Assembly: GCF_036588685.1 (NCBI RefSeq)
Contig: NC_086377.1
Span: 13,516,001 to 13,580,000, forward strand
Direction: 5' to 3'
Length of the DNA stretch: 64,000 nucleotides
From: Mytilus trossulus
Taxonomy: Eukaryota
Numbering within the stretch: the stretch's first letter is position 1; every line of letters begins with the position of its first letter. This document shows positions 10,701-19,804 of this stretch, piece by piece. Both the position numbers and the translations under genes were made by a program. A model generated the notes under the pieces. It searched no databases and had not been told where the DNA came from. It saw only the letters and a list, made by a program, of their open reading frames with translations.

Positions 10701-12766
10701 ATACATTTTTGACAGGTGGAGCAGGATGTGGAAAATCTGTAGTTGTAAGAACAATATTTCAAGCTTTACACAGACACTTATGCTCTATTGAAGGTGAGGA
10801 CCCTGACGATATTAGAATTCTTCTTTGTGCTCCTACTGGAAAGGCAGCTTACAATATAAATGGTCTGACCATTCACAATGCTTTCCAGATACAACCAAAT
10901 AAAGGACTTGACCAGTCATTGTCATGCGATGTTCTCAATACACTCAGAATGAAATACAGAAATTTGTCTCTGATTTTGATTGATGAAATTTCAATGGTTG
11001 GAAATAAAATGTTCTCTTTACTGGAGAGAAGGCTGAAAAAAATCAAGGGAAGCAACTGTTCATTTGGTGGCGTGAGTATCATAGCTATTGGTGACTTTTT
11101 CCAACTCCAACCTGTATTTGACAGCTGGATTTTCAATGATCTAAGCAAAGGATTAACAGCATTAGCTCCTAATTACTGGAAATTATTATTTTCTTTTCAT
11201 GAACTAACTGAAATAATGAGACAAAAAGATGATTTGGAATTTGCTCAATTACTAAATAGGTTGAGACAAAATCAGCTGACTGAAAATGATTTTGCAGTTT
11301 TAAATACAAGAACTGTTTCAATCAGTGATCCAACATACAGAACTAATGCTACTCATTTGTTTGTTGAAAATGCTTTAGTGGATAATTTTAATTTGCAATA
11401 CATATCTAAATTAGGCTCACAAAAGGTTAAAGTTACAGCAGTTGACACAGTTTGTGGGGATTTACCAGCATCTGTAAAAACAAAATTACTTAGTTCTTTA
11501 CCAGAAAAACAGTCTGATACAGCAAACCTTGCAAAGGAAGTAGTATTAGCAATTGGGATGAAATATGATCTTACAGCTAATATTGAAGTCACTGATGGTC
11601 TCACAAATGGTTCAACTTGTGAACTTAAATTGATAGAGTGCAAAACGAAATCTATAAGACCAAGTATCATATGGGTTAAGTTTGAGGATGCCAGAATTGG
11701 TGCTAACAATAGAAGAAAATATTCCCACTTGTTTGGAAAAGATGTTGAAATTACATGGACTCCAATGTTTGATATTAAAAGGTCATTTACTTATAAATAT
11801 AAGACCTTTGAAAGAATTCAATTTCCTCTTCGTCCAGCAGCTGGAAAAACAATTCATAAATCGCAAGGAGATACATTACAAGAAGTTGTTGTTAGTCTGA
11901 AATCAAAACGTAAAGGAAAAATTCCACATATTCACTATGTTGCACTAAGCAGAGTCACATCTTTAACTGGATTACAGATATTAGATCTCAATCAACAAGC
12001 AATAGCTGTAGCAGAGTGTGTTCGACAAGAATTACACAGACTAAGGACAGATGCAACTCTACAGTTGTGCTTTAAGCCATTGTATAATTTATCAAGTAAC
12101 TATTTTAAAGTCGTTTTCAACAACTCAAGGTCATTGCATGCTCACTTTAATGATATAAAATCAGACCCTAACATCTTGGATGCTGATGTTATTGGTATTG
12201 CTGAATCAAGACTTATATCAACAGATGAAAATGGGGATTTTCATTTACCTGGTTTTGAACCACCAGTTCGGTTAGACCAAAAGCAAACAAACTTTAATAC
12301 AAGACCACCTCATGGATTGGTATTATATTATCGAAATAATTGTATTCTTCACAATACAGTCACTTTCTCAACTCCATCGTTAGAGTTTGTTATAGCAGAC
12401 ATAATATCACCTAGCAAAGGTGTTTTTCAGATTGTCTTTGTTTACAAGGCACCAAACTGCAAATTGCAACAACTAAAAGATACTTTCCTTGTAAATCTTC
12501 TTCCTGATGTGTATTTAAGACTTCCAAAAATTATCATAATGGGAGACTTTAATATTGATTTAAACACTGGGAACACTTCTTTTTTAAAGTTCATGAGAGA
12601 TTCATTTTGCTGTTCACAAATTGTGTCTAAACCTACTACATCTTCTGGTACACTGTTGGACTTAATTTTCCTAAATTTTGATAGTAAGATAAACTTTGAA
12701 ACAGATGTTCTTGATTCCTATTGGTCAGATCATAAAGTTATATATGTAGCCATTGAAACACAATGA
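4766..12766 (+). CDS. Helentron RepHel polyprotein: VTD/peptidase-C76-like deubiquitinase, charged repeat array, Cys-rich/DUF6570-like region, HUH Rep, Pif1 helicase, APE endonuclease (probable start ATG 4910, MPRRKNW)
   Basis: Uninterrupted 2666-codon ORF. Protease motifs GTFDQ..RGNQCTCN (Cys ~5744) and YFFDTH (~6116-6133). CTSC...WICHTC. Rep motifs VEFQQRGSPHIH (~9050) and YIVSYISK (~9617). Helicase motifs GGAGCGKS, DEISM, GDFFQLQPV, TIHKSQG, YVALSRV. APE motifs FNNSRSL, IAESRL, MGDFNID, LDLIF, SDHKVI. Confidence 0.95.
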   Translation: MYNVYPNHTCISSHYVIINLVFLFSHAIYNILSSLLYIICICIYRFLKMPRRKNWRAAEAKRGVKNPKKQRLTDLTWDTGPINSTKSDLDIGDTDTFNNSNSNNMGDTDLHTNINNSNSNNMGDTDLHTNINNSNSNNMGDTDLHTYINNSNSNNMGDTNLHSNANNSNLKLLEKSELNKLEISELNILEISELNKLEKSELNKHEQSELNQNSNNNCANQNSNNNCANQNSNNNCANQNSDNNCLKETCHIQTDILSNESNNSYAKKDSHCFIQTNLLQDQNEQFKTNSEQGVSKYYNSFNANFIKFGTFDQYATKFADQSRGNQCTCNCLVFLSLSSLNFDSNTLNLDYILNKGDEIYKKHVQELTTQGLFKNMLLNFDEIPVKIEIPEGIFIINKQNILFGIALQYQELTGFLTLQEAIQNCIKQSNKFLIMIGAICSAVYYYNHTYYFFDTHSHSECALNNPLDSSGKSILIGFADLHDLLSYLYGFYTSLQIDLASQYEILPVSITSKDTDKDVTKQIKNYFKDQKLRNTKQKKVSYQYMKVPKFVYMKNYMQKRRKNKQFKEKELNAKRYSRKDKNYRKTEAHRKKSQRDNSDIRQIERQRELASKREARKNEDFKKTELAAKREVRKDKNYRRAEAESKKSQRDNPDLRRMERQREFVAKREARKNEDFKKTELAAKREVRKDKNYRRAEAESKKSQRDNPDIRQMERQRELAAKREVRKDTNYRRAEAESKKSQRDNPDLRRMERQREFVAKREARKNEDFNRRELAAKREARKNEDFNRRELAAKREARKNEDFNRRELAAKREARKNENFNRRELAAKREARKNENFKRNETKKKKIARQDENYRKHESKRDFHRKQEYRSHPENLENERLKKQSSRQKNLDIDRCYEKTVKSTKRKNIDFTDHEKDLKKKRTHGITLDTCIRNFKTKINEGPTYICTSCHQTWFCDSVVNAKTIKMNTPANMSHCFTNFKSVQHIEWICHTCLNAIKRQKIPRFAIANKMGFPQKPKELNLYPLEERLLSLRIPFMQIRQLPRGGQLSVKGNVVNVPVEVQPTINSLPHTLEKSGTISVKLKKKLEFKKCDFSENVRPFAVICALHYLMRTSELYKSSGIEINEDWITEIAKINEETHENENNSAEQENDQDQNDSDNDSDHFSEVDESETHVGNTDTLLDHIPDDNPLCDAGLTFAPGEGQRPISLYSDPDAEYLSFPTIFCGQRRPDNKDRSVSVHFTDIVKWELRSMDRRVAQSVPNIFFKLKKIQLKNISDKVNLALRRCQSEGKKWTAKDVLNPNTVNDLVRLDEGYYIFRSLRNSPVYLEKRKKDLFAMIRQLGLPTWFGSLSSADTNWKDLLRILGKLNDGKEYTDNELEGMDWHQKSKLVQKDPVTCSRYFDYRVQQFINLVLKSDHDPIGKLTDFFYRVEFQQRGSPHIHILIWIENAPVYESDSNEDVVAFIDKYVSCSLLETNTNLVNLQVHKHSKTCRKKGHPICRFGFPLPPMKATVILEPLKENDDIEKYKAIYKEIQNEINTLHNSEDIDQMTYDMFLDDVLQMDDENYIKAIRSNLSGPKVFLKRKPSEVRVNGYMKTVLIAWQANHDLQYVLDAFACAVYIVSYISKSQKGMSALLDQAAKEARQGNLDLKHQVRHIGNYFSNSVETSAQEATYLTLQMPLTKATRQVVFINTSPQHKRTFLLKQSSVLEKLGPDSTEIESDNDIKRYSRRPKQLENWCLADYVSQLELQYPKTESSDDHETEEKDHESDNENEAANADIIEEINNKIDITLKNGIRIYQRKTPKVIRYVKYNYKTDSENFYRERLMLFYPWRNELSDLQCEHETFENMYLTVARILEKKAKQYEGKVIDLEKAIEEAENDCNENDQIAPATQQVEMEDAEIGPTESEQYVHFNPDRPTEHRLYDMSREVGIEARTVELTNHANRISERDYFDLIRSLNKKQWEFFQHVVTWVKTKHEPFYTFLTGGAGCGKSVVVRTIFQALHRHLCSIEGEDPDDIRILLCAPTGKAAYNINGLTIHNAFQIQPNKGLDQSLSCDVLNTLRMKYRNLSLILIDEISMVGNKMFSLLERRLKKIKGSNCSFGGVSIIAIGDFFQLQPVFDSWIFNDLSKGLTALAPNYWKLLFSFHELTEIMRQKDDLEFAQLLNRLRQNQLTENDFAVLNTRTVSISDPTYRTNATHLFVENALVDNFNLQYISKLGSQKVKVTAVDTVCGDLPASVKTKLLSSLPEKQSDTANLAKEVVLAIGMKYDLTANIEVTDGLTNGSTCELKLIECKTKSIRPSIIWVKFEDARIGANNRRKYSHLFGKDVEITWTPMFDIKRSFTYKYKTFERIQFPLRPAAGKTIHKSQGDTLQEVVVSLKSKRKGKIPHIHYVALSRVTSLTGLQILDLNQQAIAVAECVRQELHRLRTDATLQLCFKPLYNLSSNYFKVVFNNSRSLHAHFNDIKSDPNILDADVIGIAESRLISTDENGDFHLPGFEPPVRLDQKQTNFNTRPPHGLVLYYRNNCILHNTVTFSTPSLEFVIADIISPSKGVFQIVFVYKAPNCKLQQLKDTFLVNLLPDVYLRLPKIIIMGDFNIDLNTGNTSFLKFMRDSFCCSQIVSKPTTSSGTLLDLIFLNFDSKINFETDVLDSYWSDHKVIYVAIETQ
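5040..5500 (+). repeat. Coding minisatellites in the Helentron N-terminus (51-bp NNSNSNNMGDTDLHTNI, 24-bp LEKSELNK, 27-bp NQNSNNNCA units)
   Basis: Direct tandem repeats, all multiples of 3, visible in DNA and protein. Confidence 0.9.
6465..7340 (+). repeat. Coding K/R/E-rich modular repeat array (17-aa and 21-aa modules; 165-bp higher-order unit)
   Basis: ELAAKREARKNEDFNRR-type 51-bp units in tandem at ~7030-7280. The unit ELAAKREVRKDKNYRRAEAESKKSQRDNPDLRRMERQREFVAKREARKNEDFKKT recurs at 165-bp spacing (~6638, ~6803). Confidence 0.9.
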
Positions 12767-13690
12767 TTCAGTATAATGATTATTTTATATGCCAAAACCA
12801 GCTTTGTTTGTAACAATGAAAATTAAACCCGCTTAAAAACATGACACATTTGGGGTTGCTGAAAATGCAACCTCAAATGTGCAGGAGTGGTTTTAAAGGA
12901 AAATGGGTTTCCACTCCAACAGATTTGCCTTTTCACAAGTAGGAATAGAAATGAGATGGCTTCAAGACTCCTGATATCCAGTTTTACCTGTATAAAAGAA
13001 AGCTTATTTACAAAGCTTTCTTCTTTATAGGTACACTGGATTAACAGTAGCAGAGGTAAATAAATTTGAAACTGTGTTGCTTTGACCTCCATAAAGCAGA
13101 AAGGTCCTTGGTGATTGATCAACCATTTTGCTATGGAGGAAAAGTAGAATTCCATTCATTTCAAGTCAGTAATGATTGGAGACATCAAATTTTAGATCCT
13201 CTACTACCTGAATGCTCATTGTATCAGTAGAGAGTTGTGTGCACTTTGCATGTGAACACTCCTGATATTTACCTGTTATTAACATGATTTATGTATATGT
13301 ATATAATTCTTGAAATATTTGTTTTTGAATACAATCAAAAGCCATTGCTTTAATATAGATATAAAAGGGAGTTTTGAAGACCACAAGTTCCATGCCTCAT
13401 TTCTCTTCCTACAAAATAATTAGATTTAACTGGCTGTTTGATGAACTATGATTAAATAATCAAAATGTTTATGAATGTTGAGATCCTTGCTGTTATTTCA
13501 ATTATGTCTTATTCTAAGTACAGGTCTACCAAAATGTGTAAATCATTAATTTATGCAAAGGGTTAAATTTTGGAAAAAAATATCAAATATTGCATTAATT
13601 TGTCATTCTACTCAACTATGTGGTTGCTTATACATTTGATAAATATGTAGAAGTCATTTATAAAACAGAAACTAATGAACAATTTATGAT

Positions 13691-14050
13691 AACATTTGCT
13701 TCATAGAGATAAAATTTGTGAACATTTGATTAATAGAGAAAAAAATTGTGACATTTGCCTATTAGAGAAGAATTTGTGAACATTTGCTTAATAGAGCAGA
13801 AATTTGTGACATTTGTCTGTTAGAGAAGAATTTGTGAACATTTGCTTAATAGAGCAGAAATTTGTGAAAATTGCCTATTAGAAAAGAACTTGTGAACATT
13901 TGCTTAATAGAGCAGAAATTTGTGACAATTGCCTATTAGAGAGAATTTGTGAACACTTGCATAATAGAGCAGAACTTTGTGAACATTTGCTTAATAGAGC
14001 AAAAATTTGTGAACATTTGCTTAAAAGAGAAGAAATTTGAGAACATTTAT
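13691..14050. repeat. Minisatellite of alternating 30/28-bp units in the Helentron 3' region
   Basis: About 12 units such as AACATTTGCTTAATAGAGCAGAAATTTGTG and ACATTTGCCTATTAGAGAAGAATTTGTG, with no unique spacers. Confidence 0.85.
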
Positions 14051-16859
14051 TGATGGGTTTATAATAAGCCAATGTAAAGAAATTTAGTAAACTAACTGCT
14101 GAAGAAAGAATTATATAGATTGTTTCAGTTGTTCTTATATTAACATCATACAACAATTGATTAACATATGGAGTAAACTCTAGAATCTTACATTAAAGCA
14201 AATCCACCAGAACTAATCTGAATAAAGTTTAAAACAGAAATACTATGGACTATAACTCAGTATACCATGAATAGAAAGGAAACATAAATGACAATTACTT
14301 ATAGTTGTTAAATGCTCAAGAGAAAATAAATTATATATAGAATCTAGACTCTTAAATTGAAAAAAAAATGGTGAATATTCTTCTTGACAAGTCTTTACAA
14401 ATTAACTTCAAGTCATTTTGAAGGTTAAGCTATGGAAACAATAATCATATCATGATATAATTGCTGTGATGCTTTTTATTATATATACTGTTTTTACTGT
14501 CATATTTTGACTTTGAAAATGTGTTGTTATAGAATGTAAATAGTGTGCTATAAGTGAACTGTTTTAATGCACAAACATATATAAAAAAAATGTATAAGAC
14601 AATGAATATTATAATGCATTATTTGAAGTATTTCATGTGTTCAAATTTTTCATAATAAAAAATTAAATTTGATGTCTTTCAATATTTTTCACACCCCATT
14701 CATTTTATAAATTGATAAAAACAAAACCTTCAGTCAAAAAGAGAAAAAAAAATGAGTTGGAGACAAACTTGGTCACAACCCAAAATGACAAACAAATAGC
14801 AGCTTCACACATGATAGAACTACTATAAAGGTATTCTCTATTTAAGCTAACAAAAACTTAGTTCTCTGAGTCTACCTTCTTGTTCAATTCAAGTAATACC
14901 TATTCATTTTGAATCTTAATTTAAAGGTCGGGTCACCACTCATTAAAGAATTAGATTATAATCTTGGGTCCAGTAAAAAGATTGATCTGTTGTCCTTCTA
15001 CATAATGATCAGTAACTTTGCTGTCATAACCAATTGAACAACTTATATATGATGAACATGTCAAAATAAATTCAAGTTTCCTTGATGATTCTTGACCAGT
15101 AATGATAGCGTCTGGCGTATATACAAAATGTAGTCCTGGTATCGATGATGAGTTTATATAGAACAAATATATAGATATGTATGTCAATGAGCATGATGAG
15201 AAAACAACACAATACTTGAAAAGTATGTTTTAGACTTCAAAACTGAAAATAATAAACTAGTTGAAAGTAGTTCAATCACAAAAAAGATTAGATATTGGTT
15301 CACAACGTTTCCGTTAACAAAAAGTTATTTCATGCAACAATTGTCAACAACAAATTTAAGGTGAGCGACACAGGGTCCTTGGACCCTCTAGTTATTTTGA
15401 AGGACAACTTATTTTGAGTGACCTTTAAATTGTTTACTAGTAAGTCTTTTTATTATAAGTAATAAAGAAATAGAATGAAATTGTTCATGTACTTGTTCAA
15501 AACTTGACAAATCAAGTTACATGTATGATTTTGTCTTATCTGCAGACACATACTACCTATATGTGTATAGTTTCAATTACAAGTTGGTGTATTTTTAACA
15601 GTACATTTTCATTTTTGTTTTCTGTTCCTCAATTTTGATAGGCATTTGGTCATAAAGGTTGTAGGGTTGTGGGCCGAAATATATCATCAGTAGTTAGTTA
15701 CGAATTAGTTCACATGTTCTTTTTTCTTTCAATTCTCTTAATACACATGAAAGGATTAACTGAAATACACAAAAAAATACACCAAAAAAGAATAAAGAAT
15801 CGTAACAGCAAAATGAACACTTTACCATAAAAAAAATACAGCAAAACTCGTGATCATAAATTATCTAAAATCATACTTTTAATAATACTTTCTTATAGTT
15901 TATAAGTGATTTTATATGCATTATATAATGCTGACAACCAAATATATGTCTTATACCAGGTCTATCTTTTTTCTATATTTAACATTTCTATGTTTCTCTT
16001 TTACAATTTACAGCGTCTCAAAAGTTACCATAAAATGGTAAAAATACTCTTATAATAGTTTACCAAAAAACTTCTTTTAAATACACATATTCTTTGACTC
16101 ATATATAACAAACATACCGTATTGGTTGACCATGGTATTATAATATAGCTTCAAAAACGTTTAACTTCAAAATTTGCTTCATCACATTCGATTCACAAAA
16201 TAATTACTCTTTCGATTAGGAGACCGAAACATGCTAAAAAATGCTTGTTTACAATAAAGTGTTCGATTTCAAATAAAAAAAAACAACAACCAATCAAAAA
16301 CTGACTTACATAATCAACTGTACTAAGAAAATGAAACTGTAGACATATTTCTTTTATCCAAGATGAGTTGGTCATCACAGACCATCTTTCTTTTAAACTT
16401 TATATCTGAGCTTTAAATATGAGAGCCTTGTCCTCTTCTTTTGTGACTGATCTTTCAACGTCAAAAGAGCTTTCACTGCTTTCATTTCTGACAAATATGG
16501 AATAATTGATATTATTTAATATGAAAATTTTATAATAAAAGTACTCAGTACGGTGACCTATAGTTGTTAATTTCTGTGTCATTTTGTGGAGAGTTTCCCC
16601 ATTGGCAATCATACCACATCTTTTTTTATAGGCTAAATATATCAGATTTTTTGGTAAATTTCAAGTGCAAGTTTTTTTTATAGAAAAAATCACTTCAGAA
16701 TTGTCTGTACAGATGCGTTCCTTATCTCTATTACCTTGAATGTTCAATTTGATTACAAGGTATTGCACTGCAAAAGATCTTTTGAAAACATAAAAAATCT
16801 TACCATTTAATTAAACATATTATTTGTGTGTATTCGTTTTCTTGGTCCCTTGGTTCACT

Positions 16860-17520
16860 ACCACTTGGCATTTTACTACGTACATTCCATTTCCATCTGA
16901 TGTTTCAAATCTTTTTAGACAATTTTCGTTAGAAAAACCCTAAAAAGATCAAAAAGTTTTGGTAATAAAAATGTAAAAAAATTCTACCAACAAGACCAAT
17001 ATCTAATTTATGCAGTGAATTTAAAAGGTAAATGCCTATGCATCAAATTATGAATAAATATACTATAACAAATCCACCCATTTCAAATGGCTACATGTGA
17101 ATAAAATACATATCCATGGTTCTTTCATTGATTTATTGCCTAAGCATGGGTATCTCTTGCACATCAGTCTCTTCAATAAACGTACCCTACTCATTTTGAA
17201 TTTAACCTTTTTCAAGAAGTTTTATAGATGAAGAATGAAACGGCCCATACAATTCTAGTGGTTTTGTTATTTGACATGTTGAATCCCTTCCAGTTGTCTC
17301 TAATTCTTTTGATTTGGGCTGTGACACCTCAATCTGGAAGGTATCTGAATCAGATGATCCATGGTCTAATACAATAATAGTTTCATGTTCTTTCGGGATT
17401 TCTGCAATCCCTGACGATATAGGTTGTAGCATACATGTATACTTGAATTTATTTGTTTTTTTTCAAAGTTGGTATATTTTTCTTCTTCGTCAATTTGTTG
17501 CTGAAGTAAGTGGGATATGT
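16860..17520 (-). pseudogene. Degenerate SAMD3-like accessory gene (N-terminal/middle part) of an EnSpm/CMC element
   Basis: Minus-strand MCKRYPCLGNKSMKEPW (~17110-17165), followed by an exon-like FF*RKLSKKI*NIRWK. Resembles the 'KxPCL..W..L..K..NxR' pattern of animal EnSpm accessory proteins; lies downstream of the transposase relic on the same strand. Confidence 0.4.
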
Positions 17521-17919
17521 TAACCTGGACCTGAAAGCCAAAACTCTGTGTTAAAGACTATTTTGACCCAACATGATTTAAGTTACAAATGGTGGTGACT
17601 TGAACGGAGAGTTGTTTCATTGGCACTCATACATGAACCACCTTTTTCTTTCATCTATGTGTATAAATTTATAGTCCAGGCATTGTTATTTGTGTATTAA
17701 ATAGTACATTGTTTTAGTTATGTGCATTGTACATAGAATATTATATATGCCTAAATATATTTAACGTTTGTAAATTATGTGAATTAAATTACCATACATA
17801 TATAACAAGCATTCTCCCAATGTAAATATCCTGTATTTGTTCCATAAATGACACACTGTCATCACTATTGGATCTCTTGCATGTATGGTTTGAAGCAATA
17901 ACTGCTCTTTGCACAAGAT

Positions 17920-18120
17920 TGTCAGATATAGTTTTACCCATTTTAATTTTCTCGTTAGTATCTTCATGCTGGTACGTTGTGAGTGACTGTACGGACTTGT
18001 GCCCAGTGACTGCCATTAATTACGCAGATCCATCCATGTGTTGTGATAAAACTGTGGCTCCAGTTGCTCGTATTGAGTGATTGGTATAAATATTAGACAA
18101 ATTACACTTCTTACTGAGTT
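17920..18120 (-). pseudogene. Crypton-type (DUF3504-like) tyrosine recombinase C-terminal fragment
   Basis: Translation ELSKKCNLSNIYTNHSIRATGATVLSQHMDGSA*LMAVTGHKSVQSLTTYQ contains the HxxR, (T)GH and catalytic Y motifs. In-frame stop at 18020-18022. Confidence 0.8.
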
Positions 18121-18132
18121 CTTACCTAATAA

Positions 18133-18475
18133 TTCATGCATATTCAGGACGAGAACAAGTTCACAATAAATACAATAGGTAGGTTGATACAAAAGAGGCC
18201 ATCTGGGATGATGGTCGGGATAATTTGGACTGCCACTGGACAATGAGGCTATATTGGATAGGGAAAGAAATTTTGCCTTGCAACAGGCCACCTACGGACG
18301 CCTCAAAGAGTTGTTGCAAGGGTTCTTAACGTGCAAAGAGCGTGGTACTCTCTTTACACGAGGCATCGCATTTAACGTCCCCCTTCTGACCGGACGCTCA
18401 ACTTCGGCAAGCGTTTTACTGCCGGTCGAGAGAAGACCAAATGACCATATTTCTATACCCCAGTCAGCCTTGGGG
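18133..18475 (-). mobile_element. SINE copy (Nin/Deu-like core), 3' tail missing, fused to a LINE fragment
   Basis: Near-identical to the copies at 25116-25548 and 27394-27751. Confidence 0.85.
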
Positions 18476-19573
18476 ATGCCTACAAGTCCGTCGTGCCTTA
18501 GCGCAAAACATACGGAAATTACTCCAAGTTTTCCGTCATTGGTTGTTGATTGAACCGTCTTTCAGATTTTTTACGGTCACCTATGGCTTGATAACAAGCG
18601 TCATCAAACCATGGTTTGCTGGGATGTTTCGGATTTGCCGAGGTCTTAGGAATAGTTCTGTCAGCAATTGACGTTAAAACTGTATTAAAAGTTAAAATTG
18701 GATCTTGCAAAGTCTCAAACATATTTGACTGAAGTTCCGCTTGACAGAGATTCTCAAACAAGGACCAGTCCGCCTTGTCAAGTTTCTAACGTGGTACTCT
18801 CTGTTGGGCAGAATTAAAAAGATGTTCAAGTACTATTGGAAAGTGATCTCTTCCACATAGATCATCATGAACACGCCACGAGTAATCCAGGAGCAGAGAG
18901 GGATCGCATATAGTGATATCAATAGAAGAATAAGACCCGTTTCCAGGATGAAGATACGAATTAGATCCATCATTCAAAATGCATAATCCTTCTTGAGAGA
19001 CAAAGTCCTCAATGATCTTACCTTTGGCATTTTTAGTCTTGCTACCCCATAATGGATTGTGAGCATTAAAGTCGCCCATAAGTATAAATGGTGAGGGTAA
19101 TTGATCAGTGAGGTTTTTAAGTTTTGCTTTTATATCTATAATTGAATTGGGTGGAATATATATCGAACATAATGTAATTGTTTTGTCTTATGATAAACGA
19201 ATTGCAACTGCTTGTAGATCCGTTGTGAGTTGGACTGTGCTATGAATGACGCTGTCCTTCACAAAAATGGATGATCCGCCAGCAGCACGTTCATCTACCT
19301 TAGAAAATGTGCTATACATGTTGTGTCCTTTTAAAGATACATTGTAACTTTCTTTTAGATGAGTTTCTTGAAGACAAAATGATATAGGTAAAAAAGACTG
19401 AACTAGAAGTGTTAACTCGAGAAAATTTATTTTCAGACCATTGGATTATGTTTGTCATTATTTAATAAAAGAAGGGCGAATGCTGTCGAGTTTGCCAGCA
19501 TTCTTACAAGAGCGTATCCATCAAGCGAAAAAGAAAGCGTATCACTTGATTGACCCATGAGCCATCGCCTTCT
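18476..19573 (-). mobile_element. Internally deleted copy of the 28.5-34.2 kb LINE (5' end + APE domain, ORF1 missing)
   Basis: 19510-19573 matches the LINE 5' end (~34102-34166). 18477-19506 matches ~31398-32449 (APE: MGDFNAHNPLWGS, RDHFPI). Confidence 0.9.
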
Positions 19574-19804
19574 CCAGAAATACAAACGAGAAAATAAGTT
19601 TGAAGGAAAAAATTTGTGTTAATATATAACTGCTCATTATAATGTCATTAAATGATAAACAAAACAAAAAACTTGTATAATTGGAATAAATAAATTATAT
19701 TAAAAGATCAAACATGTAATTTTCTCTTAGTCAGATTATTTTAGATTTGGCACAAAGAAAATAATTTCCAATATCATCAATTCTAACATTTACCATTAAA
19801 GACA

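Larger units (their letters stand above)
1..15393 (+). mobile_element. Autonomous Helentron (Helitron2); 5' end lies upstream of the window
   Basis: Contains the Rep-Pif1-APE ORF. Ends in the Helentron-type signature: subTIR AGGTGAGC (15359-15366), hairpin AGGGTCC-TT-GGACCCT (15372-15387), then CTAGTT. Bases 1-420 resemble HINE internal-repeat sequence (CAAGATGGCCG motif, also seen in the 60.1-61.1 kb HINE). Including 1-4700 in the element is inferred. Confidence 0.75.

Noticed and set aside
4894-11900. Many short antisense or alternate-frame ORFs, including hydrophobic repeats at 6988-7336
   Set aside because: Shadows of the repetitive Helentron coding strand.
12823-13155. 110-aa minus-strand ORF convergent with the Helentron ORF
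   Set aside because: Has a possible acceptor near 12988 but no recognisable motif; cannot be supported as a gene.
13691-14050. CRISPR-like array of ~30-bp repeats
   Set aside because: Units are contiguous with no unique spacers, there are no cas genes, and the context is eukaryotic.
19500-19515. ORF1 removal by splicing in the short LINE copy
   Set aside because: The junction does not coincide with GT-AG boundaries in the full-length copy; deletion or template jump is more likely.
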